The position numbers were made by a program, and so were the translations under genes. The notes beneath the pieces are model-generated. The model was not told the origin of the DNA, did no database searches, and saw only the letters and a program-made list of their open reading frames with translations. A stretch of 64,000 nt of DNA, taken from contig JBAZMP010000002.1 in NCBI GenBank assembly GCA_041649715.1, positions 68,964 to 132,963 of the forward strand, read 5' to 3'. Shown here piece after piece: positions 1-11,833 of this stretch (position 1 is the first letter of the stretch; each line of letters begins with the position of its first letter). The DNA comes from Patescibacteria group bacterium. Lineage in GTDB: Bacteria; Patescibacteriota; Patescibacteriia; JAXHNJ01.

Positions 1-438
1 AATTTTCTTTATTTTACCCATCAGGAGCGTCTTTTTAAATATTTTTTCAAGGACTTCTTTAGTGATTACGCCCAGGGAAAGAATGAGCCGGGGTTTATAG
101 TGATTTATTTGTTTGAGCAAATGATTGGCGCACAATAATCCGCATTTTGATAGTATTTTTCTGTTTTTGCCTAGGTAACATTTGGCAATTTCCGTAAACG
201 CGCATTCTTCGAAAGTCACGCCTATTAAGGAAAGTTCTTTATTTAGACGTTTCCCAGTGGGAACTATCTTGTTTTCCAAAGTGTAGAATGCTTTACCGGA
301 TTTAAGCCAGCCATTTTTTGCCAGAGATTCTCCTAATATCAGTATTTTTTTGCCCTGTTTGCTAGTTCCTCTTTGGAAGAAAAAAGTTACGGATTTTGAG
401 TTTATTTCTTTACAGTGATGGATTTCTTGAGCCATAAA
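1..438 (-). CDS. uracil-DNA glycosylase superfamily protein (family-4-like), 5' partial; the ORF runs off the window edge
   Basis: Manual translation of the minus strand from the ATG at 438 gives MAQEIHHCKE...ILILGESLAKNGW...FTEIAKCYLGKNRKI...CGLLCANHLLKQI...LILSLGVIT. This parallels the family-4 UDG motifs (GE[GS]P; KC.P..NR; C..HLL..I; ..LG). No stop codon is reached before position 1. Confidence 0.55.
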
Positions 439-464
439 AAGTGGAATATATTTAAGAAAATATT

Positions 465-1880
465 TTATTGGCTCAAGCTAAACGACGGGTTGCTTAAACC
501 TTGCCAGTCATGGCTTGCCGGGCTGCCGCCTTCATCCTGCCGGTTTGGGCCGACGGAATAAATCAGTTTCTGCTCAGCGGAATAAAGAAGCGATTGTCCG
601 CTGTACGGGTCTTCCGGCACGGCCTCCAGATATTTCGGCACTAATTCCGATAAACTGGTTGGGAGGCGATTATTGTCAATTTCGAAGGCGCGGACAGCCA
701 GCGTCGTTTGGGTGGCGTAGACGGCCAGGGATTCATTGCAGCGTTTGGCGGGTAGTCCTCCCAAGGAAATTTCGCCTTGAGAAATCAGTAATTTGCCGAT
801 GGCATTGGGAGTGAAAAACCATGAAAGGGCAGGATAAACTTTCGGAAAGGTCAGCGGAGGGTTGAAATCAACCGTGGCGCAGTCAGCCTCGTAGTTTTTA
901 ACCCCGTTATTTATGATTTCATACTGAAAGCGCAGGGTCTGATTCGGGTGATAATAAAATTTCGTTAAGCCGGTGTAATCAAGAAAAGTGCCCCAGACAG
1001 AATCTTTCTGGTTTTCCTGTCCAGTGGCGGCGTCAAAACTCAGACTGTACGAGCCCAGCAATGGCCCGAGCCGGGTATATTTCTGCCAGTAACTTTTTAA
1101 AGAGGCATATTCCATTTTTAAGGCTACGACCTGGCCTTGGCGGGAATCGTTAAAACTCAGCAGTTTTTGCGCCATGTCTTTGGCTTGGGCCGCCGTAATA
1201 TTACTATTGAGTGCGATCTGGCGCAAAGCGGTCAGACCCGTTTGCTTGATACTGTTGGCCACCAGATAACCGATAACAGGATTTAAGTCGTATTCCATGA
1301 GCTGACTTAATTTAACCACATCTAACGCCTCATTTAACCCGCCATCAACGTCTCCTGATCTTGCTTTTGATTCGGCTTCTAAGGCCACAACTTGAGCCGC
1401 TTGTCGATAAGAAGAATAATCCGGAATAATCAAGGTATCAAAATCAATCGCTCCCGGGTCAGCAAAGCTGGGGTCCTGGAAATCTGTTTTGCCCGCCGCC
1501 TGCCGGAAAAGGGTGATGTCGTCGGCGTGCTGGCTGATGATTTCAGTGGCAAAAGTTTCATTGGCTTTAAAGTCATTTACCGCTTCGGCTAATTTTGGAT
1601 CAGGTTCAGCCGGGAACGAATTAGAATCTTCAATTTTCTGCATTTCCACGAAAGCATTATACTGATCGGCAATTTCTATTTTTGGCAGCGCTAATGAAGA
1701 GTCATCTGGTTTTTGTTCATCAGGAAACAAAATATTCATTAATAAATAAAAAGCCATTAGCAAGGCCAGGGGAATCCCGATAATAAGCAGGGAAATTGGA
1801 ATGAGACGGTGATGTTTCATAATATCTACATTATTTTTTAGAGCGCGATTTGAGACACTTGGGTCGGAGATCCTATCCAC
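465..1880 (-). CDS. membrane-anchored hypothetical protein with an N-terminal TM helix preceded by a KHHRL motif
   Basis: 471-aa ORF starting MKHHRLIPISLLIIGIPLALLMAFYLL (one TM helix), followed by a long hydrophilic, probably extracytoplasmic, domain. No family recognised. Confidence 0.6.
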   Translation of the reverse strand: MDRISDPSVSNRALKNNVDIMKHHRLIPISLLIIGIPLALLMAFYLLMNILFPDEQKPDDSSLALPKIEIADQYNAFVEMQKIEDSNSFPAEPDPKLAEAVNDFKANETFATEIISQHADDITLFRQAAGKTDFQDPSFADPGAIDFDTLIIPDYSSYRQAAQVVALEAESKARSGDVDGGLNEALDVVKLSQLMEYDLNPVIGYLVANSIKQTGLTALRQIALNSNITAAQAKDMAQKLLSFNDSRQGQVVALKMEYASLKSYWQKYTRLGPLLGSYSLSFDAATGQENQKDSVWGTFLDYTGLTKFYYHPNQTLRFQYEIINNGVKNYEADCATVDFNPPLTFPKVYPALSWFFTPNAIGKLLISQGEISLGGLPAKRCNESLAVYATQTTLAVRAFEIDNNRLPTSLSELVPKYLEAVPEDPYSGQSLLYSAEQKLIYSVGPNRQDEGGSPASHDWQGLSNPSFSLSQ

Positions 1881-2589
1881 TCAAAGCTTTCCGTTTCATT
1901 TTTTTAGGCAATTTCTCTATCGCATATCTTAAAGCAACACGAGGCATGATAAATCTTTTTTTCATCACATAAGCAAATACTTCATCACGAAATTGCTTGC
2001 TAGCTTCTTTTAACATCCAGCCGTAGCCCTTTTGCACTAAATCCTCGTTATCTTGCAAGAGTAAATTTGCTACACCAATGGTTTCTTGTAAATATTTTCC
2101 TTTGCGTAAGGAATAGATTAAAACGACTGCGGAAGCACGACGAAACCATTTATTGGATGACTTAGCCCATCGTTTTGTTCGTGGCAATAATTTTGGAAAC
2201 TGGAAAACGAGGCTGCCAAATGCATGTGTACATAGATCATCGCAACTACCCCAAGTAGTTACATAGCTCTTAAGCCAGCTTTCATAAATTTTAAAATCTT
2301 CTTTTTGATATTGTTTTTTAATTCTAAAGGCCCAATCGAATGCAATATCCTGACAACCACTATCGTTAATTTCTAATAATTTTTCGCATAAAGAAAAAAT
2401 TTGCTTCTTATTTATATTCTTTACCTCCTTAAAATATTTAGAGGATAGTTTTCTTACTAAAGGAGTGGCAATTCCAACATGGGTTTTTCTGTCTTTATGG
2501 AATCTTGAATAATCCTTAATGTTTCTTGGGTTCTTAGCTAACCTCTTTAATTCTAATTTGATTTTATCTAAAATTTTTATAGATCTCAT
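1873..2589 (-). CDS. DNA alkylation repair enzyme (AlkD/AlkC-like HEAT-repeat glycosylase family)
   Basis: 238 aa with tandem helical repeats and W/R-rich motifs (WAKSSNKWFRRASAVVL..., GYGWMLKE) typical of the DNA_alkylation (pfam08713) family. Confidence 0.6.
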   Translation of the reverse strand: MRSIKILDKIKLELKRLAKNPRNIKDYSRFHKDRKTHVGIATPLVRKLSSKYFKEVKNINKKQIFSLCEKLLEINDSGCQDIAFDWAFRIKKQYQKEDFKIYESWLKSYVTTWGSCDDLCTHAFGSLVFQFPKLLPRTKRWAKSSNKWFRRASAVVLIYSLRKGKYLQETIGVANLLLQDNEDLVQKGYGWMLKEASKQFRDEVFAYVMKKRFIMPRVALRYAIEKLPKKMKRKALSG

Positions 2590-2738
2590 ATATTTCTGGT
2601 TATTCGGGTCTGTCCGATACTAAGTTCTCTTGGCGGAGGAAGTGAAATTATTTGCAGAGCGGAGGAGGTGAGATTCTCTATCCGAGGCGGGTGCGCCTTG
2701 GGCGCAGAACTTACGACTAGATTTAATATTCCGCTAAG

Positions 2739-2825
2739 CGGAGACGGGAGGATTCGAACCTCCGAGACCCGTAAAGGTCTACCGCATTTCGAGTGCGGCC
2801 CATTCGACCGCTCTGGCACGTCTCC
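2739..2825 (-). tRNA. tRNA-Ser (anticodon CGA), no encoded CCA
   Basis: The reverse complement reads GGAGACGTGCCAGAGCGGTCGAATGGGCCGCACTCGAAATGCGGTAGACCTTTACGGGTCTCGGAGGTTCGAATCCTCCCGTCTCCG. It has a 7-bp acceptor stem, a TTCGAAT T-loop, a long variable arm, and an anticodon loop CTCGAAA. Confidence 0.85.
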
Positions 2826-2838
2826 GCTCAGCGGGCTA

Positions 2839-3273
2839 TTAAGATTTTTTAATATTTAAATTATCTTTTATCCTCCCGTATTTTTTTATTGCCGGCCATT
2901 TCTTGCCGGGATCTCCTTTTATCAAGCCCCCGAATATTTTCGCCTCATTATTCAGTTTCAATCTTTCCGATAATTCATTTAGGTGGGGAAAAAAGGAGGA
3001 TTCAGCCTCGCTGTTTACATTGAAATCGTAACCGACATAAAAATAAATATCTTCTTTATCATCCACAATTCCCCGGACAATTTTATTCATCAGGGAATCA
3101 TTTTCTTTAGTAATCCAGCCTTCTTTTTCAAACCAAGACGCATGGGAATAGGGCAAGGCAGGTTCGGCAACAAATAATTTATCATTATATATGGCAAATA
3201 ATCTTCGGCTCCGGTGAAAAGCTTTTATTTTTTCATCTTCCTTAAAACCATATTTTTTTTCGAAAGTATCCAT
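2839..3273 (-). CDS. hypothetical protein
   Basis: 144-aa ORF tightly packed between the tRNA and the methyltransferase gene. No recognisable domain. Confidence 0.5.
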   Translation of the reverse strand: MDTFEKKYGFKEDEKIKAFHRSRRLFAIYNDKLFVAEPALPYSHASWFEKEGWITKENDSLMNKIVRGIVDDKEDIYFYVGYDFNVNSEAESSFFPHLNELSERLKLNNEAKIFGGLIKGDPGKKWPAIKKYGRIKDNLNIKKS

Positions 3274-3902
3274 TATTTCTGGTAAATATTTATTTTACTC
3301 CCGTTTGGCTTATCTGGATTGGCAATAATTTCTTTCGTTTTCCAATTGGGAAATTTGAAGCCGTAAGAAATAACTTGTGCCCCGGGTTTCAATTCTTCCA
3401 GTAATTTTTTCTCCAGTTTTGGCATAACGGAATGGATGAGGAAGCAGAAAATAATATCCGCTTCAGAAAGCCTTGCATTATAGAAATTTCCCCGTTTTAA
3501 GTCAATATCCAGCTTTGATCTTTTGATCTGGCGCTTAGCCATAAGGAACGGCCACCAGGCTAACTCGTAGCCAACGGCTTTTATTTTCGGATATTTCTTT
3601 TTCAAAGCGACTAAAAACCGGGCATCACCGCAGCCCAAATCATAGACCACGGCGCTATCTTTAAAAGCCAGATTATTTATTATATAATTGATCGCCCAGA
3701 CTGGCGTGGCGACATAAGGCACTTTGATCTTTAAAAGGGCGTAGAGATTATTCAGGAAAAAAGCCAAGATTATTATGGTGACGAATAAGAGGAAATAAAG
3801 GATAGTTATAATTAACGCGCTCATTTTAAAATAAACTTTTTTGTCCTTTTTCTTTTGTTCCCTCTTCGGAAAAAACTTTGACCGTGCCATAAACGCCGTC
3901 AT
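3273..3902 (-). CDS. class I SAM-dependent methyltransferase with an N-terminal TM helix
   Basis: Motif I VYDLGCGDARFLVAL. The true start is probably the internal Met at about 3824 (MSALIITIL...), which overlaps the upstream stop in an ATGA arrangement. Confidence 0.7.
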   Translation of the reverse strand: MTAFMARSKFFPKREQKKKDKKVYFKMSALIITILYFLLFVTIIILAFFLNNLYALLKIKVPYVATPVWAINYIINNLAFKDSAVVYDLGCGDARFLVALKKKYPKIKAVGYELAWWPFLMAKRQIKRSKLDIDLKRGNFYNARLSEADIIFCFLIHSVMPKLEKKLLEELKPGAQVISYGFKFPNWKTKEIIANPDKPNGSKINIYQK

Positions 3903-5079
3903 AGCCGGGCAGGATGGTCAGTTTTTTCTCGCGGACTTTCTGGATGCCTTCGGCGATTTCCGGCCGGGTCATTTTCATTATCTCTGCCGAGGGTAAATTT
4001 ATCAAAATATTGAATTCGTTTTTTCCCTGTCTGATCAGATTTTCGTATTCTTGGCGGACGCTTTTGGTTTTGACGCCCGTTCCCAACGCTTCGCCGATAA
4101 TCTGTTCAAGGGGGACCAGGCTTTTAAAGGGCGGACGGTCGGAGGGGTCATAATTTTCCGGCCGATCGGCCAATTTTTCCACGCGGCTGGCTACGCCGAC
4201 CGTCAATCTTTTTCCGCATTTCGGGCAGAGACTGTTCGCCTTTATCGTTTCTTTCGGCGAGAACCTGACCTGGCAGGCACGGTGCCCATCCCAGTGATAT
4301 TTTCCCTCTTCAGGAAAAAATTCAATGGTATGGGCGATTTTATTTTTCGGATCATTTTCCCGGAGGGCTTTAAGGATATTATTGTAAGAAAGATTTTCCA
4401 GCTCAAATACGGTTGCTTCCCGACCCAAGTTGGCCAGGGAGTGCGCATCCGAATTAGAAACGATTTTTTTAGAATCCAGCTGGGAAAGCCGCCAATTCAT
4501 GTTTGGATCGGAAGAAAGGCCGGTTTCCACGGCGTAAATTTTATCCGATAATTCGTCAAAGCATTCGGTCAGAGTGTCAAAACCGGATTCGGAGCCGAAC
4601 AAAGAAAACCAAGGGGTCCAGACATGGGCGGGTATGACGAGGCATTCCGGGGAAGCTCCCAAAACAATTTTGGCCAGTTCCTTGGCGTCCAATCCCAGAA
4701 TCGGCCGGCCATCACTTTTCAGATTGCCCACCCAGGAAAGCTGAGTGTTGATTTTTTCCACGGCGGCTAAATCCGGAGCGAAGACGACTAAGTGGATGCG
4801 TCGGCCTTTGCCGTTTTTGGTGTAGATACAGCTGATTTCCGTGGAAAGCAAAAAATGAATGGGAGAGTCGCTACCCTTTAATTTATATAAACCGTTGTCT
4901 TGGGGGGCTAGCTTTTCTTTAAGTTCGGCGGCCCAGGCTGGGTGGGTGAAATCTGCCGTGCCCAGTACATCGATCCCTTTTATTTTTCCCCAAACCGCAA
5001 AGTTTTCCAAATTCATGTCCGGCGAAACAGCCCGGGAAAATTTGGAGTGAAAATGTAAATCCGCGATGAATTTTGGCAT
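3826..5079 (-). CDS. endonuclease Q (EndoQ) homologue: PHP domain plus zinc finger, deaminated-base endonuclease family
   Basis: N-terminal PHP motifs DLHFHSKFSRA, GTADF, EGRP, PAHVWTPW, SNSDAHS and LGREA, a zinc finger CPKCGKR, then DRPPF and a C-terminal ILPGYDGVYGTV. These are collinear with archaeal EndoQ. Confidence 0.75.
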   Translation of the reverse strand: MPKFIADLHFHSKFSRAVSPDMNLENFAVWGKIKGIDVLGTADFTHPAWAAELKEKLAPQDNGLYKLKGSDSPIHFLLSTEISCIYTKNGKGRRIHLVVFAPDLAAVEKINTQLSWVGNLKSDGRPILGLDAKELAKIVLGASPECLVIPAHVWTPWFSLFGSESGFDTLTECFDELSDKIYAVETGLSSDPNMNWRLSQLDSKKIVSNSDAHSLANLGREATVFELENLSYNNILKALRENDPKNKIAHTIEFFPEEGKYHWDGHRACQVRFSPKETIKANSLCPKCGKRLTVGVASRVEKLADRPENYDPSDRPPFKSLVPLEQIIGEALGTGVKTKSVRQEYENLIRQGKNEFNILINLPSAEIMKMTRPEIAEGIQKVREKKLTILPGYDGVYGTVKVFSEEGTKEKGQKSLF

Positions 5080-5184
5080 AAAATAAGTGAAATTTTATGG
5101 CTTCAGTTTACCATTTTATTGGGTATTTCTCAAATAAAAAGAGGCCTTATCTCGCCTGCTCGTGTAGTTAAAAGAATATAGTTT

Positions 5185-6087
5185 TTATTTTTGATGTGGA
5201 GCTAATATTTTATAAACTTCTTTTGAATTCTCACTAAATAACGCCGCATAAATTTTCTTAGCGACTTCAATGGGATGAGCGTAAATTGGTAAATGTCCTG
5301 ACCACATTTTAGTGCGTCTGCTGATTTCATTTACATTCTTTCTTACAAAAGGATTATCATACATGCCAGTGTCAATAGCGCCTGGTCTAATATCAATTAT
5401 TGTTATTCCCTCATCTTTTAATTCTCTTTTTATTCCCTCAATGTATCCGGCTAATGCATGTTTTGCCGCAACATGGGTTGTGCCAAAATGATAGCCTCTT
5501 TCATCAGACATTGAAGTTATTATAGCTATCTTCGCTTTTCGCTTATTTTTAATTTGTTGTCGAAATACCGGCACCATCTTTAGCATTAATCTATGAGTGG
5601 CAGTGACGATGCCCATTTCCGTGGCGATTAATTCGGGCACAATTTGCTCAAATGGTAAATATATATTATCGTTGGGAATTTTGTAAGTTCCGCCACCAAC
5701 CCCGATAGATTGCACCCAATAAAAATATGACTTTTTTGGCAATTTCTTTGTTAGACGCTCTACGCCTTCGTTAGTGGTAAGGTCAGCCGCAATGTATGAA
5801 AATTTTTCTTTTTTACAGCCGAGTTTTATTAAGCCCTGTTTTATCTCTTCCAAATGTTTAGCTGTTCTTGAAACCATAATAACATTTATGCCTCTTTTAG
5901 CGAGATAATAAGCGGTGGCGGTGCCAATATTCATTTTGTGGTTTGTCCCATTAATAGGAATATTATCGTGTGACGGCTTATTCTGATATTTATAAACATA
6001 TCTAATCGGTTTAGAACCGCAGCCAGTGATAATAACTTTTAAGTTGTTATTTTTATTTCGCATAGTATTATTTGCTAATAATATCAT
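5185..6087 (-). CDS. short-chain dehydrogenase/reductase (SDR) family oxidoreductase
   Basis: 300 aa with an N-terminal Rossmann segment (NIGTATAYYLAKRGINVIMVSRT) and an SDR-like central region. Confidence 0.7.
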   Translation of the reverse strand: MILLANNTMRNKNNNLKVIITGCGSKPIRYVYKYQNKPSHDNIPINGTNHKMNIGTATAYYLAKRGINVIMVSRTAKHLEEIKQGLIKLGCKKEKFSYIAADLTTNEGVERLTKKLPKKSYFYWVQSIGVGGGTYKIPNDNIYLPFEQIVPELIATEMGIVTATHRLMLKMVPVFRQQIKNKRKAKIAIITSMSDERGYHFGTTHVAAKHALAGYIEGIKRELKDEGITIIDIRPGAIDTGMYDNPFVRKNVNEISRRTKMWSGHLPIYAHPIEVAKKIYAALFSENSKEVYKILAPHQK

Positions 6088-6168
6088 ATACTAATTTTTC
6101 ATCCCCGTCCATTTATCTATTTCTTGTTATATATTCAAAAACCCTTTATAATTATATAAAGAAAATTT

Positions 6169-6567
6169 ATGGAAACCAGAAAAAAACATAGTATCTTTAT
6201 TGTCTTCTTTGATGTTTTCACGGTCATCATTTGGTTTTTGCTACTTTTGGAATTTTTTACCCGAGAGGTGATTTATCTGCCGACGGTTTTAACCTCCGCC
6301 TACATTTTGTTGCTGACTTTTTACGCCTCGGATAAAGAGATCCGGCGCTGGCGGAAGAAATTGAGAGGAGAAAGACACGGAGAATTCTTCGTCTTTTTAT
6401 GGATGTTAACCCTGATTCTAATCTTAAGTTTCTATCTTTTTTACGGCCAAAAAGTGGGCTACATCATCCCGCGTGATCTGGCGACTATCACCGGTTCAGT
6501 TTTTGTCATTTATATCATCACGGATATATTTAAGGAGGAATTTCAAAAGAAAATAAAAAAGCAATAA
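6169..6567 (+). CDS. small integral membrane protein (about 4 TM helices)
   Basis: 132-aa hydrophobic ORF transcribed divergently from the SDR gene. Confidence 0.55.
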   Translation: METRKKHSIFIVFFDVFTVIIWFLLLLEFFTREVIYLPTVLTSAYILLLTFYASDKEIRRWRKKLRGERHGEFFVFLWMLTLILILSFYLFYGQKVGYIIPRDLATITGSVFVIYIITDIFKEEFQKKIKKQ

Positions 6568-6582
6568 AAAAAGAGAGACAAG

Positions 6583-6703
6583 GTCCTGGCGATGGCCTAC
6601 TTTCCCCCGGGGATATACCCCAAGTATCATGAGCGCTGAAGGGCTTAACGACCGTGTTCGGAATGGGAACGGGTGTGGCCCCTTCGCTTGAATCACCAGG
6701 ACT
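6583..6703 (-). rRNA. rrf: 5S rRNA
   Basis: The reverse complement reads GTCCTGGTGATTCAAGCGAAGGGGCCACACCCGTTCCCATTCCGAACACGGTCGTTAAGCCCTTCAGCGCTCATGATACTTGGGG...GCCATCGCCAGGAC, a canonical 5S sequence. Confidence 0.9.
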
Positions 6704-6764
6704 CTGTCTCTCTTTTGTATATTTTAAAATAAAAGGCAATATAAAGAATCATTGATGAATCCCA

Positions 6765-10205
<3,441 letters not shown>

Positions 10206-10269
10206 GGGATCAGAATTCATTTTCACTTTAATACTAATAAGGAATTAGTATTAATAAGATGCTCTTTAT

Positions 10270-10304
10270 TACTACCTTTTATTTATGCTGATTATTAAAT
10301 TGTC
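10270..10304 (-). promoter_or_regulatory. putative sigma-70 promoter of the 23S-5S operon
   Basis: On the minus strand there is TTGACA, then a 16-17-nt spacer (atttaataatcagcata), then an AATAAA/TAAATA -10-like element. This sits about 60 nt upstream of the 23S 5' end. Confidence 0.35.
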
Positions 10305-10587
10305 AAAGTTCTCCATTATCCTGATTATGAGATACAAAAAAGCCGCTTTTGGCGGCTTTCGCACCTTAAGATATAAGAAGGCGCAAATCAGCCGCTTTTT
10401 TGGGTAAGATTAAGGTTTTTTTGTACCATATTCTTTGTGGATAACTGCTAAAATAACTTAGCAAAAGTAATTATAACTCATTTACGGGATTTGTCAAATA
10501 TACGGAGGTGTCGAGATATTTAGATATTGAGATCCGTGATTCGAGATTCGAATCTCCTCGTAACGGACCCCCCCCATCTCATTTAAT

Positions 10588-10618
10588 AAAAAAAACCCGC
10601 CGTGGTTGAGGCGACGGG
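10588..10618 (-). terminator. rho-independent terminator downstream of the response-regulator gene
   Basis: Minus strand reads CCCGTCGCCTCAACCACGGCGGG followed by a run of eight T. A near-identical copy lies at 11782-11811. Confidence 0.6.
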
Positions 10619-10654
10619 ATTCATTACTGAAGAGTACGATGTTCGGGCATGTTG

Positions 10655-11023
10655 TTAGTGGCCGACCAGGGTTTGGATAGTTGCCTCTAACTTTCTAAAG
10701 CCGTCAAGCTTCTCATAGGAACCATTCGCTCCGCATTCCCGGGCGATGATAGCCAGGCCGCCACTAATCGTTCCAGAGCTCATGAGGATGAAAGGTAAGT
10801 CGGGAAAAAGTTTTTTCCCTTCCTTAACGAATGCCGGCCCATCCATCTCCGGCATCTGGTTGTCGGTGATGACGACTTCAAAGTGATTTTCGCGGAGCCT
10901 GTCCAGCCCTTCCCGGCCATTTTCCGCCGTGGTCACTTCGTATCGGCCGATACTGGTTAAGAGTCGCACCAGTGATTCCAAAAAATCCGGACAATCGTCA
11001 ACGATCAGAATTCTGATTTTCAT
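10655..11023 (-). CDS. stand-alone response-regulator receiver domain (CheY-like)
   Basis: 122 aa beginning MKIRILIVDDCPDFLESL, with ...EVVITDNQMPEMDG...LPFILMSS. It has the conserved Asp pocket and the phospho-acceptor Asp (ITDNQMP), and no output domain. Confidence 0.85.
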   Translation of the reverse strand: MKIRILIVDDCPDFLESLVRLLTSIGRYEVTTAENGREGLDRLRENHFEVVITDNQMPEMDGPAFVKEGKKLFPDLPFILMSSGTISGGLAIIARECGANGSYEKLDGFRKLEATIQTLVGH

Positions 11024-11090
11024 CCCTATCTCCTTTCTTTCCGCGTAAAGGGCGATGGCCGTATCTTAGGCCGGTTGTTAAAGAATGTCA

Positions 11091-11170
11091 AGAGAGAGAT
11101 TGAGAGATAAAGATACTGAGCGATTAAGCGAGTAAGATTTTAAGATATTGAGAGAATTGAGGAATTGAAT
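11091..11170. repeat. 8-bp-periodic tandem repeat array (AGAnATTn units), about 9-10 units
   Basis: agagattg agagataa agatactg agcgatta agcgagta agatttta agatattg agagaatt gaggaatt. Confidence 0.55.
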
Positions 11171-11243
11171 AAAAAAGCGCTTGGTGACTTTTGGAAAAAG
11201 TCAGAGCAAGCGCGTTTGAATAATCAGGGTTTATCCCTTACGG

Positions 11244-11574
11244 TTATTCATTCCAGACAGAGATGAAGGAGAGGGCGATCAGTAAAAGAACGTTAGGAGT
11301 GATGGCGCCGATTACCGGTCCGAGTAAGAGCCAGGCAGGGGAAGGTTTACCAAGGGCGGCTTCCGCCGGATTTTCCGGTTCGCCAACGACGAAGGCGATT
11401 GATAGGAGAAGTCCGACGACGGCGCCGGCGATAGTTATGCCCAGAAGAAAATAGGGATGACGGAACTGAATTAAGGCGTCTATCACCCCCCCAAATGATG
11501 AAAGCGAGGAGGGCGAGGCCCAGCAGGATTTGCCATAATGGCATAGGTTTTTCCCGCGTATCTATGGCGTTCAT
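11244..11574 (-). pseudogene. small multi-TM membrane protein whose reading frame is interrupted at a G7 homopolymer
   Basis: The hydrophobic N-terminus (MNAIDTREKPMPLWQILLGLALLAFIIWGG, frame of 11347..11574) continues in a different frame (...PYFLLGITIAGAVVGLLLSIAFVV..., 11244..11486). The two frames switch at ccccccc (11484-11490 on the plus strand). Confidence 0.45.
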
Positions 11575-11833
11575 GTTTTCACCTCTCTTTTCGGTAAAGG
11601 AGCAGTCGCTGATTTGAGAATATTTTATTTTATCACATATAAATAAAAAGACAAATGAGATAGATACTGAGCGATTTGCGCCCGAGGCGGACCAGCCTTG
11701 GGCTGGAAGCGATTAAGATATTGAGTTATTCAGTAATTATTTAAAACACAGCGTAGACTTTCGAATCTGCGATGGCCAATAAAAAAACCCGCCGCGGTTG
11801 AGGCGACGGGGGATTCGACGGAAAGAAATAAAA

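Noticed and set aside
4051-4551. The 166-aa plus-strand ORF.
   Set aside because: It is antisense within the EndoQ homologue.
10536-10560. The palindromic gagattcgaatctc, a TTCGAAT T-loop-like sequence that could be a tRNA or tRNA fragment.
   Set aside because: No acceptor, D or anticodon arms can be built on either strand. It is part of the 8-bp repeat array region.
11091-11170. The 8-bp tandem repeat arrays considered as a CRISPR array.
   Set aside because: Units are 8 bp and contiguous with no spacers. There are no cas genes. This is not CRISPR architecture.
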